Shown here: piece after piece, positions 12,379 to 22,834 of the stretch
Position numbering within the stretch: position 1 is the first letter of the stretch
How the letters are laid out: each line of letters begins with the position of its first letter
Virus record (IMG/VR): IMGVR_UViG_3300033072_000542
Origin: a virus
Direction: 5' to 3' (one strand)
Length of the DNA: 64,000 bases
The notes under the pieces: generated by a model
Seen by the model: the letters and a program-made list of their open reading frames with translations, nothing else
The model's database searches: none
Told to the model about the DNA's origin: nothing
Translations under genes and position numbers: made by a program

Positions 12379-13658
12379 TAAACTAATGCTCCTGAGTATG
12401 AATTACTATTGTGTTCTTGCGAATCAGGAAATAATTCTGTTATCAATTGTTTTGCCTCAGTATCACTTAATGGTTGTGTTGGATTAGACAAAGCACCAAT
12501 CACAGTTGCTGGTGCGGCATATAATTTTGCTGTTTGTGTCAACAATTCTTTTGTTGCAGATATTGCTTCGGATGCGGCTGATGATACTTCAGAGAATGCA
12601 CTTCCAGTGTCACCTGCACCACTAAAATCTGATACAATCAGTCTAATACCTTCAGCCAATTCAGCATATGCTTCAGTCAAACATTTCTTAAACATAGCAA
12701 GCAATTTCTCAGGCAAACTTAGGAGATATTGTATCAACGCATTTATTTTTTTAACATATTCCACAAACACGGCAATGAAGTCGTTTATTTCTTCCAACAT
12801 TTCTGCGGCACGTTTAATCATTCTAGCGAAGGTTTTAATTTGTTCTGCCAATGCTGATCCACCTGGAGTTGATCCAAGTGCTTTCATTACTGCTTGTATT
12901 GCTTTACGAATTGCTTGTGCTATTTGTCCTGTTCCAATTCTGGCCGCAGCCATACTATGTCTAACATAGATTGCAACATCACAAACATGCTCTCTGTTTG
13001 CATTAGACACTTCAATACCAGTGTTGGTAATAATACCACGTGCAAGTGCGGGAAGAACGGGTTCGTTATAACGTTCAGTTTTTACACCAGATGGTGGATT
13101 AGGAGATGCCGCAATCTGTCTCTGGCTTCGTCTATCACGAAAACCTCTTTGTGGTTTAGAATCAACAGCCTGTTTCAAGTCATCAATTTGTTTTTGAACT
13201 GCCGCAATTTTTGCTTTCTGTTGCTGTATCTGTCTTACTGCGGAAGCATTTTGACCACCAGTGGCAGTCATCAACATCAATGTTGAATTTAGTGTTGCTA
13301 GTTGTTTTTCTAATTCAGCAATCTTGGCAACAGAACCATCATCAACGCTAGGTTGCTCAGATTGTATACCAACATAAATTCCTGTAACGACAGGCATCTG
13401 TGAATTGTAACCATCTTGGAAGAAACCATGCACCCATTCACCATCTTTTGGTAATGCAAAATTGCGAGCACCGTTTATAGGAGCAACAACTTGTGCCCAT
13501 GGCAAATCTTCAGTAGGAACAAGATTTGTATCGTCTGTATGTAGACCGATGATGCGAACACGAAGTCTGCCCATTTTGGCAGGATCATCCCTACCTTCAA
13601 CGACACCAACGAAGGTTACGTGGCCATCTCTTCCTGCGAAATTGTTATCTGTTGTCAT
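12378..13658 (-). CDS. Baseplate hub subunit gp5-like (N-terminal OB-fold, coiled coil)
   Basis: FVGVVEGRDDPAKMGRLRVRIIGLHTDD...DLPWAQVV matches the T4 gp5 N-terminus (FVGVVEDVMDPSLIGRVRVRVVWGLHTP...DLPWAQVM). No lysozyme motif was seen. Confidence 0.75.
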   Translation of the reverse strand: MTTDNNFAGRDGHVTFVGVVEGRDDPAKMGRLRVRIIGLHTDDTNLVPTEDLPWAQVVAPINGARNFALPKDGEWVHGFFQDGYNSQMPVVTGIYVGIQSEQPSVDDGSVAKIAELEKQLATLNSTLMLMTATGGQNASAVRQIQQQKAKIAAVQKQIDDLKQAVDSKPQRGFRDRRSQRQIAASPNPPSGVKTERYNEPVLPALARGIITNTGIEVSNANREHVCDVAIYVRHSMAAARIGTGQIAQAIRKAIQAVMKALGSTPGGSALAEQIKTFARMIKRAAEMLEEINDFIAVFVEYVKKINALIQYLLSLPEKLLAMFKKCLTEAYAELAEGIRLIVSDFSGAGDTGSAFSEVSSAASEAISATKELLTQTAKLYAAPATVIGALSNPTQPLSDTEAKQLITELFPDSQEHNSNSYSGALV

Positions 13659-14977
13659 GTTTTATAATTAGTTGAATCTGTGGCAACTTCAAGAATTGTC
13701 TCATGTTTATCATATCGGATCAAGTGTCTAACACCAATGATGATGTATTTACCACTCAAAGATTTATCACCATTTTCCATATTTTTTGTATCTATGTTGT
13801 ATCTATGTGGTATATTTAATTGAACACATGAACCAGCATACAAACCAAAGTTACCTGGCATAGTGATACGAATTCTCTTCTGCATCAAATTATCAAAAAT
13901 CATTTTTCTCTGAAGGATGTAATTATCTGTATCATCCACAATATTTGCAGACTTCACATCAGTAGACTTCAGATATGGATTTACAGTTCTGGCAGATTGG
14001 AAAGGATAAACAGTCACACGTGAATCATACATCTGTGTTGCCAGTTTATTCTCAGAATTCTTTATTTTGGTATTAATAGGATAATCATTCGCACGTTTAG
14101 TAAATACATCATCATACGACACTTGATTTGTTTTGATTGTTCTTGTCAGAGTATCGAAACCAATAAACTTACCAGCGTAAACACCAGACTGGATGTTGTG
14201 TGCATAGTTGAAGTTGGATAAAACTTTGTAGTCACGGGCACCAAGAATCTCATCACCAACAGTTTCTTGTGATAAGTTTTTGACACCAAAGTTGATTGTA
14301 TATAATGAATCGTATGACAACATCAAAGACAACGGTAGAAAATTGAAACCATATGGTGCTTGCCAGAATACAAAATCTGGCTTACCCTCAAATGAAACCG
14401 CACGTTTAGTCAAATGATTGATTGTGTCTAGAGGACTTCTATTTGCTGGTGGAACAGAATGGATTCCTTTTGTAGGAACAATTGTCGCCATATGAGGAGT
14501 GCTGTCTGGAACTTTCAAATCATTCGTAAGAATTTTCTTAATGATATTTGAATGTGTATCAGTATACGTATTATGCACTCGCTTTTGTTCAGATAACAAA
14601 AACTCAGGTGACACAAAATGAAGTGTGTATAACTCCGAGTTTTGATTCACAGTCTTTCTATCTGTCAATTTATAAATTGTAAATTTATGTGTAAAGAACA
14701 TGAATTTACTTTGTGGCGCAATCGTGCTAGGATCATTATTCATGTCAATGTCTTTGACAATATCGACTTCAATAGTCTCACTACCATCAAAGTTAATTTT
14801 GGATGCAAGACCGACACCATCACGTATCAGAATGTTTCCTGACATACATGGTGTTAACATGTTATCAAACAAACTGAGTTCTTCGAAAATACCACGAATG
14901 TCTATTACTTCTTTACCATCATTGTAACTGATGGTAAGTTTTCTAATTTCAAATTGTGTGCTTTGTAATAATGACAT
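13655..14977 (-). CDS. Baseplate hub subunit gp27-like
   Basis: 440 aa ORF upstream of the gp5-like gene. N-terminus MSLLQ... is similar to T4 gp27 MSMLQ.... Synteny gp27-gp5. Confidence 0.5.
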   Translation of the reverse strand: MSLLQSTQFEIRKLTISYNDGKEVIDIRGIFEELSLFDNMLTPCMSGNILIRDGVGLASKINFDGSETIEVDIVKDIDMNNDPSTIAPQSKFMFFTHKFTIYKLTDRKTVNQNSELYTLHFVSPEFLLSEQKRVHNTYTDTHSNIIKKILTNDLKVPDSTPHMATIVPTKGIHSVPPANRSPLDTINHLTKRAVSFEGKPDFVFWQAPYGFNFLPLSLMLSYDSLYTINFGVKNLSQETVGDEILGARDYKVLSNFNYAHNIQSGVYAGKFIGFDTLTRTIKTNQVSYDDVFTKRANDYPINTKIKNSENKLATQMYDSRVTVYPFQSARTVNPYLKSTDVKSANIVDDTDNYILQRKMIFDNLMQKRIRITMPGNFGLYAGSCVQLNIPHRYNIDTKNMENGDKSLSGKYIIIGVRHLIRYDKHETILEVATDSTNYKT

Positions 14978-15618
14978 TATCTAAAAATATTCTGAAATTC
15001 TTGTTCAACCGAAGCAACATACTCAGGCTTCAAAATCTTAATCGTTCTCTTTTTATCATTAGCGTCAATTTCATACTGATAGTATGTCTTCAAATCTTTG
15101 GTAACTTTAACTGTGATTGTATTACCACTATCTAATGTGTATGTTGTGGTAGTTGTAGATAATGAATTGTATGTGTTAGCATCAATCTGTATTGTCTTCT
15201 TATACACATCCGTAGTTGAATTATCCGTTTGTGTTTCTATTTTGTAATACGAATGATTGTTTGTTTGTGCCCATTCCAAACCAGTTTGACCTATCATAGT
15301 ATTAGCATTACCAACATATTTGTATTCGATGATATCATGCAACGCACGTGTTTCAACTGGCCAATCCATCTGTGGATTGTAGATATCGTTCATAGCCAGA
15401 ATGATCCAGTGGCGCTCGGCAGAACCATAAACTTTGTGTGCCAAAACTTCAGGTGTTTCTCCATCAACAACAGCATATTCATAAAACAAAGATGTGTTAT
15501 TTTTGAACGAATCTTCAAATGAGAATTTATTTGTTAAATTGGTAACAAGTTGAACTGCATTTGGATCATCCGAAAATGCATAGTATGTCTGAGGAAAGTA
15601 ATTAAAATATTTTGCCAT
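14977..15618 (-). CDS. Hypothetical structural protein
   Basis: 213 aa ORF in the baseplate operon. Confidence 0.4.
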   Translation of the reverse strand: MAKYFNYFPQTYYAFSDDPNAVQLVTNLTNKFSFEDSFKNNTSLFYEYAVVDGETPEVLAHKVYGSAERHWIILAMNDIYNPQMDWPVETRALHDIIEYKYVGNANTMIGQTGLEWAQTNNHSYYKIETQTDNSTTDVYKKTIQIDANTYNSLSTTTTTYTLDSGNTITVKVTKDLKTYYQYEIDANDKKRTIKILKPEYVASVEQEFQNIFR

Positions 15619-16802
15619 TATTCATACCAACCCATTTGTTGCGATGGTGTGTTCATTTCAACTTCCACACTACCTTTTTTAACAAAATTATCTTTTGTCA
15701 TAATTTCTGTTTCCTTGAACTGTAGTCCCAAACGAATGGCAACTGGCGTTCCAGTTTTACCCTCTTTTGCAGTCAACTCGCCAGGAACTTCATATGCAGA
15801 GAAACCATTTGGTGCATAGTCAACATCAATTTGTTCCAATACACATGTTGAGATTTCTGGTAAGTTTGGATTCGATGCACCGTTATACATGAATTTGATA
15901 TCAAACTCTGATGGAGGAACAAGATAGAAACCGTTAAATTCTTTTCTAATTTCTGGAGCCTGATGGAATTTTAATCTATTGATTAGTTTCATAACCTCTT
16001 TCGCTTCTTTTTGTGAACGAGGATATAACATAAAATCAAGTCGGAATGTTCTGAATGCTGGAGATGAATATAGTAATTCCAGCATAGGATTTTGAACCAT
16101 ACCAGCGCCAGCGGCAAACAGATATTGACCGGTAGGTCCAAGTTTATTTAATGCAACGTTTGCCAAGTATGGTGTCAAGTTCTTTGCAAATGCTTTGGCG
16201 ATATCTGCTCCAGACTGTCCACTCTTCATAGTTTGAACTGCTGATGCGCCAGCGGCTAATGCGGCTGCTGGTAATCCACCACCCAAAGCGATATCACTAT
16301 ACGATTGATTATGTGTGAATGCTAATGTGTCTGGCATATACAAAGCAATGGTATCTGTAGTTCTACGAATAGTTCTAATTCCATTAATGTTTGTGGCATT
16401 ATTCAACAATGCTCCACCAACTTGACCAGCACCCTCAACGAATTCGCCAAATGCACCAAACTGTTTTAGATTGATAGAATCTGTGCTATATCCCTGTTTC
16501 TTGGCAATCTCAGTAACACCATCAACTACAGCCTTCAAATTAGAACTTGTTGTTGGTGTGGCAAAACTTTTTCTGTTAGCAATAATTGTAGGATCATCTC
16601 CTGTGGCTAATGCACCTTTGTATTGTGTATGAACCTGTTCATTGATATGAATTAGAACGTAGTGTCCTTTATCATAATTTCCGATATCCAATGGATAGCG
16701 AAAGATATTGTTTTCATATTTCTCACCGGCTAAAGATGAAATTGAGGTATTTTTTTCTTTCGGTGTATTGAATTTAATGTCTGATAGCGAGAATAGTGCC
16801 AT
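15618..16802 (-). CDS. Baseplate/tail-tube junction protein (gp48/gp54-class, putative)
   Basis: 394 aa ORF that starts the minus-strand structural operon. An exact TATAAATA late-promoter motif sits about 20 nt upstream. Confidence 0.4.
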   Translation of the reverse strand: MALFSLSDIKFNTPKEKNTSISSLAGEKYENNIFRYPLDIGNYDKGHYVLIHINEQVHTQYKGALATGDDPTIIANRKSFATPTTSSNLKAVVDGVTEIAKKQGYSTDSINLKQFGAFGEFVEGAGQVGGALLNNATNINGIRTIRRTTDTIALYMPDTLAFTHNQSYSDIALGGGLPAAALAAGASAVQTMKSGQSGADIAKAFAKNLTPYLANVALNKLGPTGQYLFAAGAGMVQNPMLELLYSSPAFRTFRLDFMLYPRSQKEAKEVMKLINRLKFHQAPEIRKEFNGFYLVPPSEFDIKFMYNGASNPNLPEISTCVLEQIDVDYAPNGFSAYEVPGELTAKEGKTGTPVAIRLGLQFKETEIMTKDNFVKKGSVEVEMNTPSQQMGWYE

Positions 16803-16817
16803 TTTGATCCTATGAGT

Positions 16818-16825
16818 TGACTACA
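16818..16825 (-). promoter_or_regulatory. T4-type late promoter motif TATAAATA
   Basis: Reverse complement reads cataTAAATAtgtagtcaactcataggatcaaaATG. Similar (T/A)ATAAATA motifs lie upstream of the genes at 10720, 11555 and 17375. Confidence 0.5.
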
Positions 16826-16832
16826 TATTTAT

Positions 16833-17285
16833 ATGTCATATGGAAAGAATACTCTGAAAGGCTGGTTCAAACCTAAGAATCCAGCAAAATACAACGGCAA
16901 TCCCGAAAACATCGTTTTTCGTTCATCCTGGGAATTACGCTGTATGAAATACTTTGATGATAATCCAGCAGTGGTCTGGTGGTCTTCAGAGGAGTTGGCT
17001 ATACCCTACATTTCACCAGTGGATAATAAAAGACATAGATACTTTCCTGACTTCATTATAAAAGTTCAGAAAAAAGATGGTACAGTTATGACTTATGTGA
17101 TTGAAGTTAAACCATACGCACAGACACAAAAGCCTGTTCAAAAGAAAAGAACCAGTAAGAAGTTCTTAGCAGAAGTTGCTACCTACGCTGTCAATCAAAT
17201 GAAATGGAAGGCTGCTGATGAGTTCTGCCACACTCATGGCTGGAAGTTTCAAATTCTAACTGAAAGAGAATTAGGTATAATCTGA
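16833..17285 (+). CDS. Head completion protein gp4-like (PD-(D/E)XK fold)
   Basis: 150 aa, the same length as T4 gp4. Nuclease-like motif YFPDFIIKV...VIEVKP. Divergent from the structural operon as in T4. Confidence 0.55.
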   Translation: MSYGKNTLKGWFKPKNPAKYNGNPENIVFRSSWELRCMKYFDDNPAVVWWSSEELAIPYISPVDNKRHRYFPDFIIKVQKKDGTVMTYVIEVKPYAQTQKPVQKKRTSKKFLAEVATYAVNQMKWKAADEFCHTHGWKFQILTERELGII

Positions 17286-17374
17286 AATACCCAACAGCCT
17301 ACTTATAAGAGTTTATGTTGGTAAAAACAATAAATTATGGCAATCTTGTGATTAAAAAAGGTAATAAATAGAGC

Positions 17375-17953
17375 ATGGCTTATCTAATGGACAGAATCAA
17401 CGAACAACTGGCTAAAACCGGTTACGATGCCCGCACTCGTCAGGCAAGAGATTGGTTGCGCTTAAAAATGGGCGAACTGAAACCAACACCTCAAAAACTG
17501 ATGCAAGATAAGTTGAGACAGACAAACTCCAGTTTTGTTGGTCATATGTATTTTTTCTACTATGATCCTAAGTTGAAGGATGAGTTGCCATATTACGACA
17601 GGTTCCCGTTGGTCATACCAATTCAACCATACCCAGACGGTTTTTTAGGGCTGAATCTACATTACATTCACCCAAAGCAACGCATCATTCTTTTAGACAA
17701 ACTGAGTGAACACGCCTCAGATAAAAACTTTGATATCAATACCAAACTGAGATTAAACTACCAAACTCTGGTAGCATTCTCAAAAGCGTATGAAGCAACA
17801 CCATGTATCAAGCGTTATCTAGGTTCTCACGTTCAATCTCGTTTCGTTGAGATTTTTGCTGACGAATGGGATATTGCGGCTTTATTGCCTGTCGAACAAT
17901 TTCAGAAAGCAAGTTCAAGTAAAGTCTGGGCCGACTCTAGGAAAAAATTCTAA
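17375..17953 (+). CDS. Hypothetical virion/assembly protein
   Basis: 192 aa ORF. TAATAAATAGAGC motif just upstream of its ATG. Confidence 0.35.
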   Translation: MAYLMDRINEQLAKTGYDARTRQARDWLRLKMGELKPTPQKLMQDKLRQTNSSFVGHMYFFYYDPKLKDELPYYDRFPLVIPIQPYPDGFLGLNLHYIHPKQRIILLDKLSEHASDKNFDINTKLRLNYQTLVAFSKAYEATPCIKRYLGSHVQSRFVEIFADEWDIAALLPVEQFQKASSSKVWADSRKKF

Positions 17954-18742
17954 ATGGCATTTCAACCAAACCAATTTATATCTAATATTAAAGCCAAAGG
18001 TGGTCTAGCAAAGCCAAGTCGCTTTCAGATAGTATTACCTATTCCAACATATATCAACGGGTTTGTTGGTCAATCCATTCTGGAGAAGTTGACAAACTTG
18101 CCAGCAAACTTGACTGCTGAGTTACAAGACATATTTGCATTAGAGAAAAAAGATGCACAATCTAGAACAGCGAATCCTTCACTATCACGTTATTTGGGTT
18201 TACAATGTGAATCGTCAGAATTGCCTGGCAAAACACTAATCACGGCTGACGCTAAGATTTATGGACCTGGATATAAAGTTCCATACCAATCTCAATACAA
18301 TGAAACAACACTAACATTCGTTTGCACGAATGAATTTTATGAACGTAAGTTATTCGATAGATGGATTGAGGCTATTATGCCTACAGATACGAATAACTTG
18401 AGATTCGCTAAAGATGATGCAACACGTTATATGACAAATATTCAGGTGTTACAGTATGATGATTTTGTCAGACAAATTTATGCTGTGGAAATGATTGATG
18501 CATTTCCTATTGGTATTTCATCACAACCATTGAGTTGGTCAGAGGATGGTTTTCATCGTGTGTCTGTGCAATTCACATATCAAAAATTTAGAACAATCTA
18601 CGATAGCACAATCAATATTGCTGACCAAGTTGCAGAGAAAATTGGTGGCAGTCTTGGTGAAAGATTACTTAAACCTATCAATCAAGTCAATCAAGAGATT
18701 ACACAAAAAGTTGGCGGTATCGCCACAAGAGTTTTATTATAA
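17954..18742 (+). CDS. Tail tube family protein (gp19/gp48/gp54 family)
   Basis: N-terminal AKPSRFQIVLPIP resembles the T4 gp19 ARPNLFQVEISYL motif. Confidence 0.5.
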   Translation: MAFQPNQFISNIKAKGGLAKPSRFQIVLPIPTYINGFVGQSILEKLTNLPANLTAELQDIFALEKKDAQSRTANPSLSRYLGLQCESSELPGKTLITADAKIYGPGYKVPYQSQYNETTLTFVCTNEFYERKLFDRWIEAIMPTDTNNLRFAKDDATRYMTNIQVLQYDDFVRQIYAVEMIDAFPIGISSQPLSWSEDGFHRVSVQFTYQKFRTIYDSTINIADQVAEKIGGSLGERLLKPINQVNQEITQKVGGIATRVLL

Positions 18743-18757
18743 TTATTTGGAGATATT

Positions 18758-19495
18758 ATGAGTTTACCGAAAATTGATGTGCCGGTTTATAGCACGAAAT
18801 TGATTTCCAATGGGAAGACCGTTAAGTATAGAGCGTTCACAGTCAAAGAGGAAAAGTTGTTCCTCATGGCAAATGAAAGTGATGATGTGGATACAGTTAT
18901 TGATTCAATCAAACAAGTGTTGAATAACTGTATCATTACCAAAGGAATTGATGTTAATGAACTTCCTTTGTTTGATATTGAATATTTGTTTTTGAAATTA
19001 CGTGCAGTTTCTGTAGGTGAAGTTGTAAACTTGAGATATAAGTGCAATAACATCCTACCGAAGTTGGATGGTGAGGAAGAGAAAAAGTGTAATCATGTGG
19101 TAGAGATTGATTTGAATCTAAATGAAATTACACCAGATTCTGTTAAGATAGAAAAAACTATTCCAATCACAGACAACATGGGTATAACAATGAAATACCC
19201 AACATTTGATTTGTTAAAAGAATTTGATGTGAATCAGGAAGTTGATTCTATTATTAAGATGACAGTTAAATGTATTGATTTCATTTATGATAAGGATAAC
19301 GTTTATTATGCTAAAGATGCAAAAGAAGATGAGTTGATTGAATTTGTGGAAAGTATGCAATCTAAAGACTTGGAGAAAATCAAAGAGTTTTTTAGTTCTA
19401 TGCCGAAGTTGAAAAAGAAACTGGATTTTAATTGTATTAAGTGTGGTTATAAAGAAGATATTGAATTAGAAGGAATACAAAGTTTTTTCGGTTAA
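18758..19495 (+). CDS. Hypothetical baseplate-assembly protein with C-terminal zinc ribbon
   Basis: 245 aa. C-terminal CxxC pair (CIKCGYKEDIELEG). Upstream Cys pair KCNNI...KKCNH. Confidence 0.35.
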   Translation: MSLPKIDVPVYSTKLISNGKTVKYRAFTVKEEKLFLMANESDDVDTVIDSIKQVLNNCIITKGIDVNELPLFDIEYLFLKLRAVSVGEVVNLRYKCNNILPKLDGEEEKKCNHVVEIDLNLNEITPDSVKIEKTIPITDNMGITMKYPTFDLLKEFDVNQEVDSIIKMTVKCIDFIYDKDNVYYAKDAKEDELIEFVESMQSKDLEKIKEFFSSMPKLKKKLDFNCIKCGYKEDIELEGIQSFFG

Positions 19496-19683
19496 CGTTT
19501 GGTTATGAAACTCTAACTAATCATTTCCAAACGAACTTCGCATTAATGCAACACCACAAATACAGTTTAACAGAGTTAGAGAATATGGTACCTTGGGAAA
19601 GAAGTATTTACGTAAATATGTTGATGCAGTATTTGGAACAAGAAAACGAAAAATTAAAACAAGCGCAAGCGCAGAGGCGATAA

Positions 19684-21333
19684 ATGGCAACTAAGAATAG
19701 TAGATTATCAGAAATTCTAAAACAAGAATACAAAACCAGCGGAGCAGTTGGTGGTTTAGCATCGGCTGCTGGAAAACGTGTGCTTGAAAAATTAGATATC
19801 AGAAATGCACTATTTGGTGGTTCAGGTGTTGGATCACTTATTGGTAGAAAAATATTTGGTAAAGGATATTCTGCCATTTCAGATAAACCATCGACAGACA
19901 AACTATCATCACAATCTGCACCTATCTTAGCCGCACAGTCTGATAAGTTAGATGTGATTGGTATTAACACACAAATCACAGCAAAGAATTCTATGGCTCT
20001 TCCATCCATGGCAAGAGATATGAACGTGATGCGCCAAAACATCATTAAGATGGTGAAATTGCAAGGTGGAACTCCAACAAATAAAGCGGATGCATTTTTC
20101 TCTAAAGCGAAAGATAGAGAATCAATGTATGAGAATCTTTTCAAGAAAGATAACAAAGCGCCAACAAAAGTGGAGACCAAAAAAGAAGAAGGTGGTCTAG
20201 CAAGTTTTGTTACAAAATTGTTAGGTCCTATTGGTATTATCGTTGCTGGCCTAGTTGCCGCAGTTGAAACTGGAATATCAGCATTAAAAACATCTTTTGA
20301 TATCTTTAAGTCTGCACTAGGTGGTTTAGCGGAATGGATTTTGAAAAATGTTTTGGGTAGAAGTGTTCCAGTTTCTGCAGGAACACCTGCGACAGGTGCG
20401 GCGTTAGCGACAGGAGTTATTAGTGGTGTTGCAGTAGGTGGTGCATTAGCAACTGGTGCGGCAACATCCGTTATGGCATCAGAATCACAAAAAGCAAACA
20501 GAAAAGCACTACAGGAAAATTCGATGTTGGGTGCTATGGGTGGAGATACATCATTCGCATCAGCAATTTTGGATGCACAAGAAAATGCACGTGAAGAAAA
20601 AAATAAACTTGGTGCAGAAAGAATGAAAAATTACAAACCACGCAATACAGATACTGCCGCTTCTAAGGTTACTGCCGATGATGATGCTAAAATCAATGCT
20701 GAAAAATATCTTGGTGCACCGATGAGTTCAACAGATTGGGATTTATTGAAGCGTACCGTATATGCAGAATCGTCACGTAATGAACAAGAATATGCCAACG
20801 TTATGGCAGTTATTTTGAATCGTGCTAGAAATTCAGGTAAGACTATTCCAGAAGTTTTGTTTGAAAAAAATCAATTTCAAGCAGTTACTGGTGCACGTGG
20901 TGAAGGTCCAAGTTCCAATTTCAAACAAGGCCCTGATGCCCGTTCAGCACAAATGATTATGAGTAGCACAAACTCACTACAGAATATATCCACAAGTTTG
21001 GACTCATTTACTGCCGCTAATGCGGCCGCATATGGTGCAGTTGGTGGCCAAGCAAAGTTTAACAAAAAGATGGCTGAAATGCAAGCCGCAAATGGAAAAA
21101 CTGTTGGTGCAACAGTATTCGCTGAAAACTTATATCGTCCTTCAGGTAAAACCATTAATGATACAAGCACTATGATGGCATCTATGTCACGTGAAGCATT
21201 AATGCCACAATCACCTAATATTAATATCACAGCACCGCAAGCACAACAAGCACAACAACATGCACCAATTACTATTGCCGCAGCCGATGTGATGGACACA
21301 GACTTCGGTAAATTGTTAGCAAGAATGTATTGA
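19684..21333 (+). CDS. Tail tape-measure/hub protein (gp29-like) with SleB-type cell-wall hydrolase domain
   Basis: 549 aa. Ala/Gly-rich with a hydrophobic segment. Residues ~330-420 (DWDLLKRTVYAESSRNEQEYANVMAVILNRARNSG...FQAV) match the SleB/CwlJ Hydrolase_2 signature. Confidence 0.5.
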   Translation: MATKNSRLSEILKQEYKTSGAVGGLASAAGKRVLEKLDIRNALFGGSGVGSLIGRKIFGKGYSAISDKPSTDKLSSQSAPILAAQSDKLDVIGINTQITAKNSMALPSMARDMNVMRQNIIKMVKLQGGTPTNKADAFFSKAKDRESMYENLFKKDNKAPTKVETKKEEGGLASFVTKLLGPIGIIVAGLVAAVETGISALKTSFDIFKSALGGLAEWILKNVLGRSVPVSAGTPATGAALATGVISGVAVGGALATGAATSVMASESQKANRKALQENSMLGAMGGDTSFASAILDAQENAREEKNKLGAERMKNYKPRNTDTAASKVTADDDAKINAEKYLGAPMSSTDWDLLKRTVYAESSRNEQEYANVMAVILNRARNSGKTIPEVLFEKNQFQAVTGARGEGPSSNFKQGPDARSAQMIMSSTNSLQNISTSLDSFTAANAAAYGAVGGQAKFNKKMAEMQAANGKTVGATVFAENLYRPSGKTINDTSTMMASMSREALMPQSPNINITAPQAQQAQQHAPITIAAADVMDTDFGKLLARMY

Positions 21334-21340
21334 CGTAAAA

Positions 21341-21362
21341 AACCCCTCGCAAGGAGGGGTCA
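21341..21362 (-). terminator. Rho-independent terminator (bidirectional) between convergent gp29-like and gene 32
   Basis: Hairpin cccctc-gcaag-gagggg followed on the minus strand by TTTTTTA. Confidence 0.7.
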
Positions 21363-21386
21363 AACGTTTCTCTGAGAAAGGAGCGT

Positions 21387-22277
21387 TTATTCGTCAGCGA
21401 GTGATTTGAAATAATCCAAATCATCATCATTGATATCTGCGGCTGGCGCTTTAGCACGAACTGGTGTTGGTGCAGCCTTAGTTGATAGTTCAACATCTTC
21501 CGCACGAATGCTAGGAACTGCATCACCTTCAAAGCCAAGAACTTTATCCAAACGTGCTTTTAGTTGCTCGTATGATTTGAAGTTTTTCTTGTCTGTGAAA
21601 TCCTTCAATGAATGTTCTTGTTTGTAGATTGATTCCAATTTGTCATCATCACCATCAAACAAAGCAGAAGGTTCAGCAAACTCAGACTTGTCATAGTTGC
21701 GATAGCCTTCAACATTACGAATCTTCAATTTGAAGTTTGCACCGTCCCAGAAATCGAATGGGTTAACTGGTGTTTCATCTGCAAATTCTGGATTCATTGC
21801 TTCAGAGATTTTATCAAAAATCTTCTTACCGAATTTGAATAAACGAACAGTACCATCATTCTCTGGATGTGCTGGATCAGAAACAACGTAGATATTAGCG
21901 ATGTAACTCAAGCGGCGCTTTTGTTTACGAACGATATCTTTGTTTGCTTCAATACCTGAATTCCACAAAGTAGAATTGTGTTCACAAACGGGACACTTAT
22001 CACCTGTAGTAGTCAAGCAGTTATCAATGAACCAACCACCTGGTCCTTGAAAGCCGTGGTCGAAACGGCGAACCCATGGTAGTCCATCTTCACCGTCAAC
22101 ACCTGGTGCAGGCAAGAAACGAATTGTAGCCATTCCGTTGCCAGATTTGTCTACAGTTGGTTGCCAGAATCGGGTGTCATCTTTGGAGCCAGCCTCAGCA
22201 GTTTGTGTGGTGGTCTCAATAGCCTTTGTGAGTTTTTCTAGGCTATCACGGTTGCGTTTTAGATTAGCGAAAGACAT
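21387..22277 (-). CDS. 32: Single-stranded DNA-binding protein gp32
   Basis: GNGMATIRFLPA, DPAHPENDGTVRLFKFGKKIFDKI and WDGANFKLKIRNVEGYRNYDKSEF align to T4 gp32. Zn ribbon CPVCEH. Acidic C-terminal tail. Confidence 0.9.
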   Translation of the reverse strand: MSFANLKRNRDSLEKLTKAIETTTQTAEAGSKDDTRFWQPTVDKSGNGMATIRFLPAPGVDGEDGLPWVRRFDHGFQGPGGWFIDNCLTTTGDKCPVCEHNSTLWNSGIEANKDIVRKQKRRLSYIANIYVVSDPAHPENDGTVRLFKFGKKIFDKISEAMNPEFADETPVNPFDFWDGANFKLKIRNVEGYRNYDKSEFAEPSALFDGDDDKLESIYKQEHSLKDFTDKKNFKSYEQLKARLDKVLGFEGDAVPSIRAEDVELSTKAAPTPVRAKAPAADINDDDLDYFKSLADE

Positions 22278-22339
22278 AGTATTTTCCTTGTATAAATTGT
22301 ATGCGTTGTATTAAAATTGTCCACATGATTCATAGTGTA

Positions 22340-22834
22340 TCATGTATTTAGTAATCTTTCAATGCGGTCTTCCAACATCATTAAAGTATTACCAATTTCT
22401 TTATGAAGAATGCCAATACCACCAGCCGCATTAAAAGACTGGATGATATCATGCGTATCGTCAATAAGAATTGTGTTTGGTGTAGCATATTCAGCCTTGT
22501 GTTTACGTCCAGCAACAACGTTAGCCTTCAGTTTAGCAAGTCCATTATTATCTAACCATACACGCTTTTGTCGTGCAACCTCATCGTGATTTTTTACACC
22601 ACCTGATGAAGTCAACAACTCAATTGGTAGTTTTGTCTTGAAACAAAAATCTATCAATTGTTTTCCACCTGGATACCATTCCAAAGTTTCAAATTGTCTT
22701 GTATCAATGAAATGTTGCCAGTGTAGATTGAAATCTTTACGGTCACGCATTGAACCTGGGAGTTCATTGTATAACTGAAAGTAACGGCGTTCAAAGTTAC
22801 AGAGAACACCATCCATATCTAAGTAAATAATCAT
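22340..22834 (-). CDS. 5'(3')-deoxyribonucleotidase (HAD superfamily)
   Basis: N-terminal MIIYLDMDGVLCNF matches the HAD motif I (DxDGV) of NT5C-type nucleotidases. Confidence 0.6.
   Translation of the reverse strand: MIIYLDMDGVLCNFERRYFQLYNELPGSMRDRKDFNLHWQHFIDTRQFETLEWYPGGKQLIDFCFKTKLPIELLTSSGGVKNHDEVARQKRVWLDNNGLAKLKANVVAGRKHKAEYATPNTILIDDTHDIIQSFNAAGGIGILHKEIGNTLMMLEDRIERLLNT

Noticed and set aside
22278-22365. TTGAAA-N17-TACACT promoter-like motif upstream of gene 32
   Set aside because: It lies within the 3' end of the nucleotidase coding region and the match is weak. Not reported as a feature.
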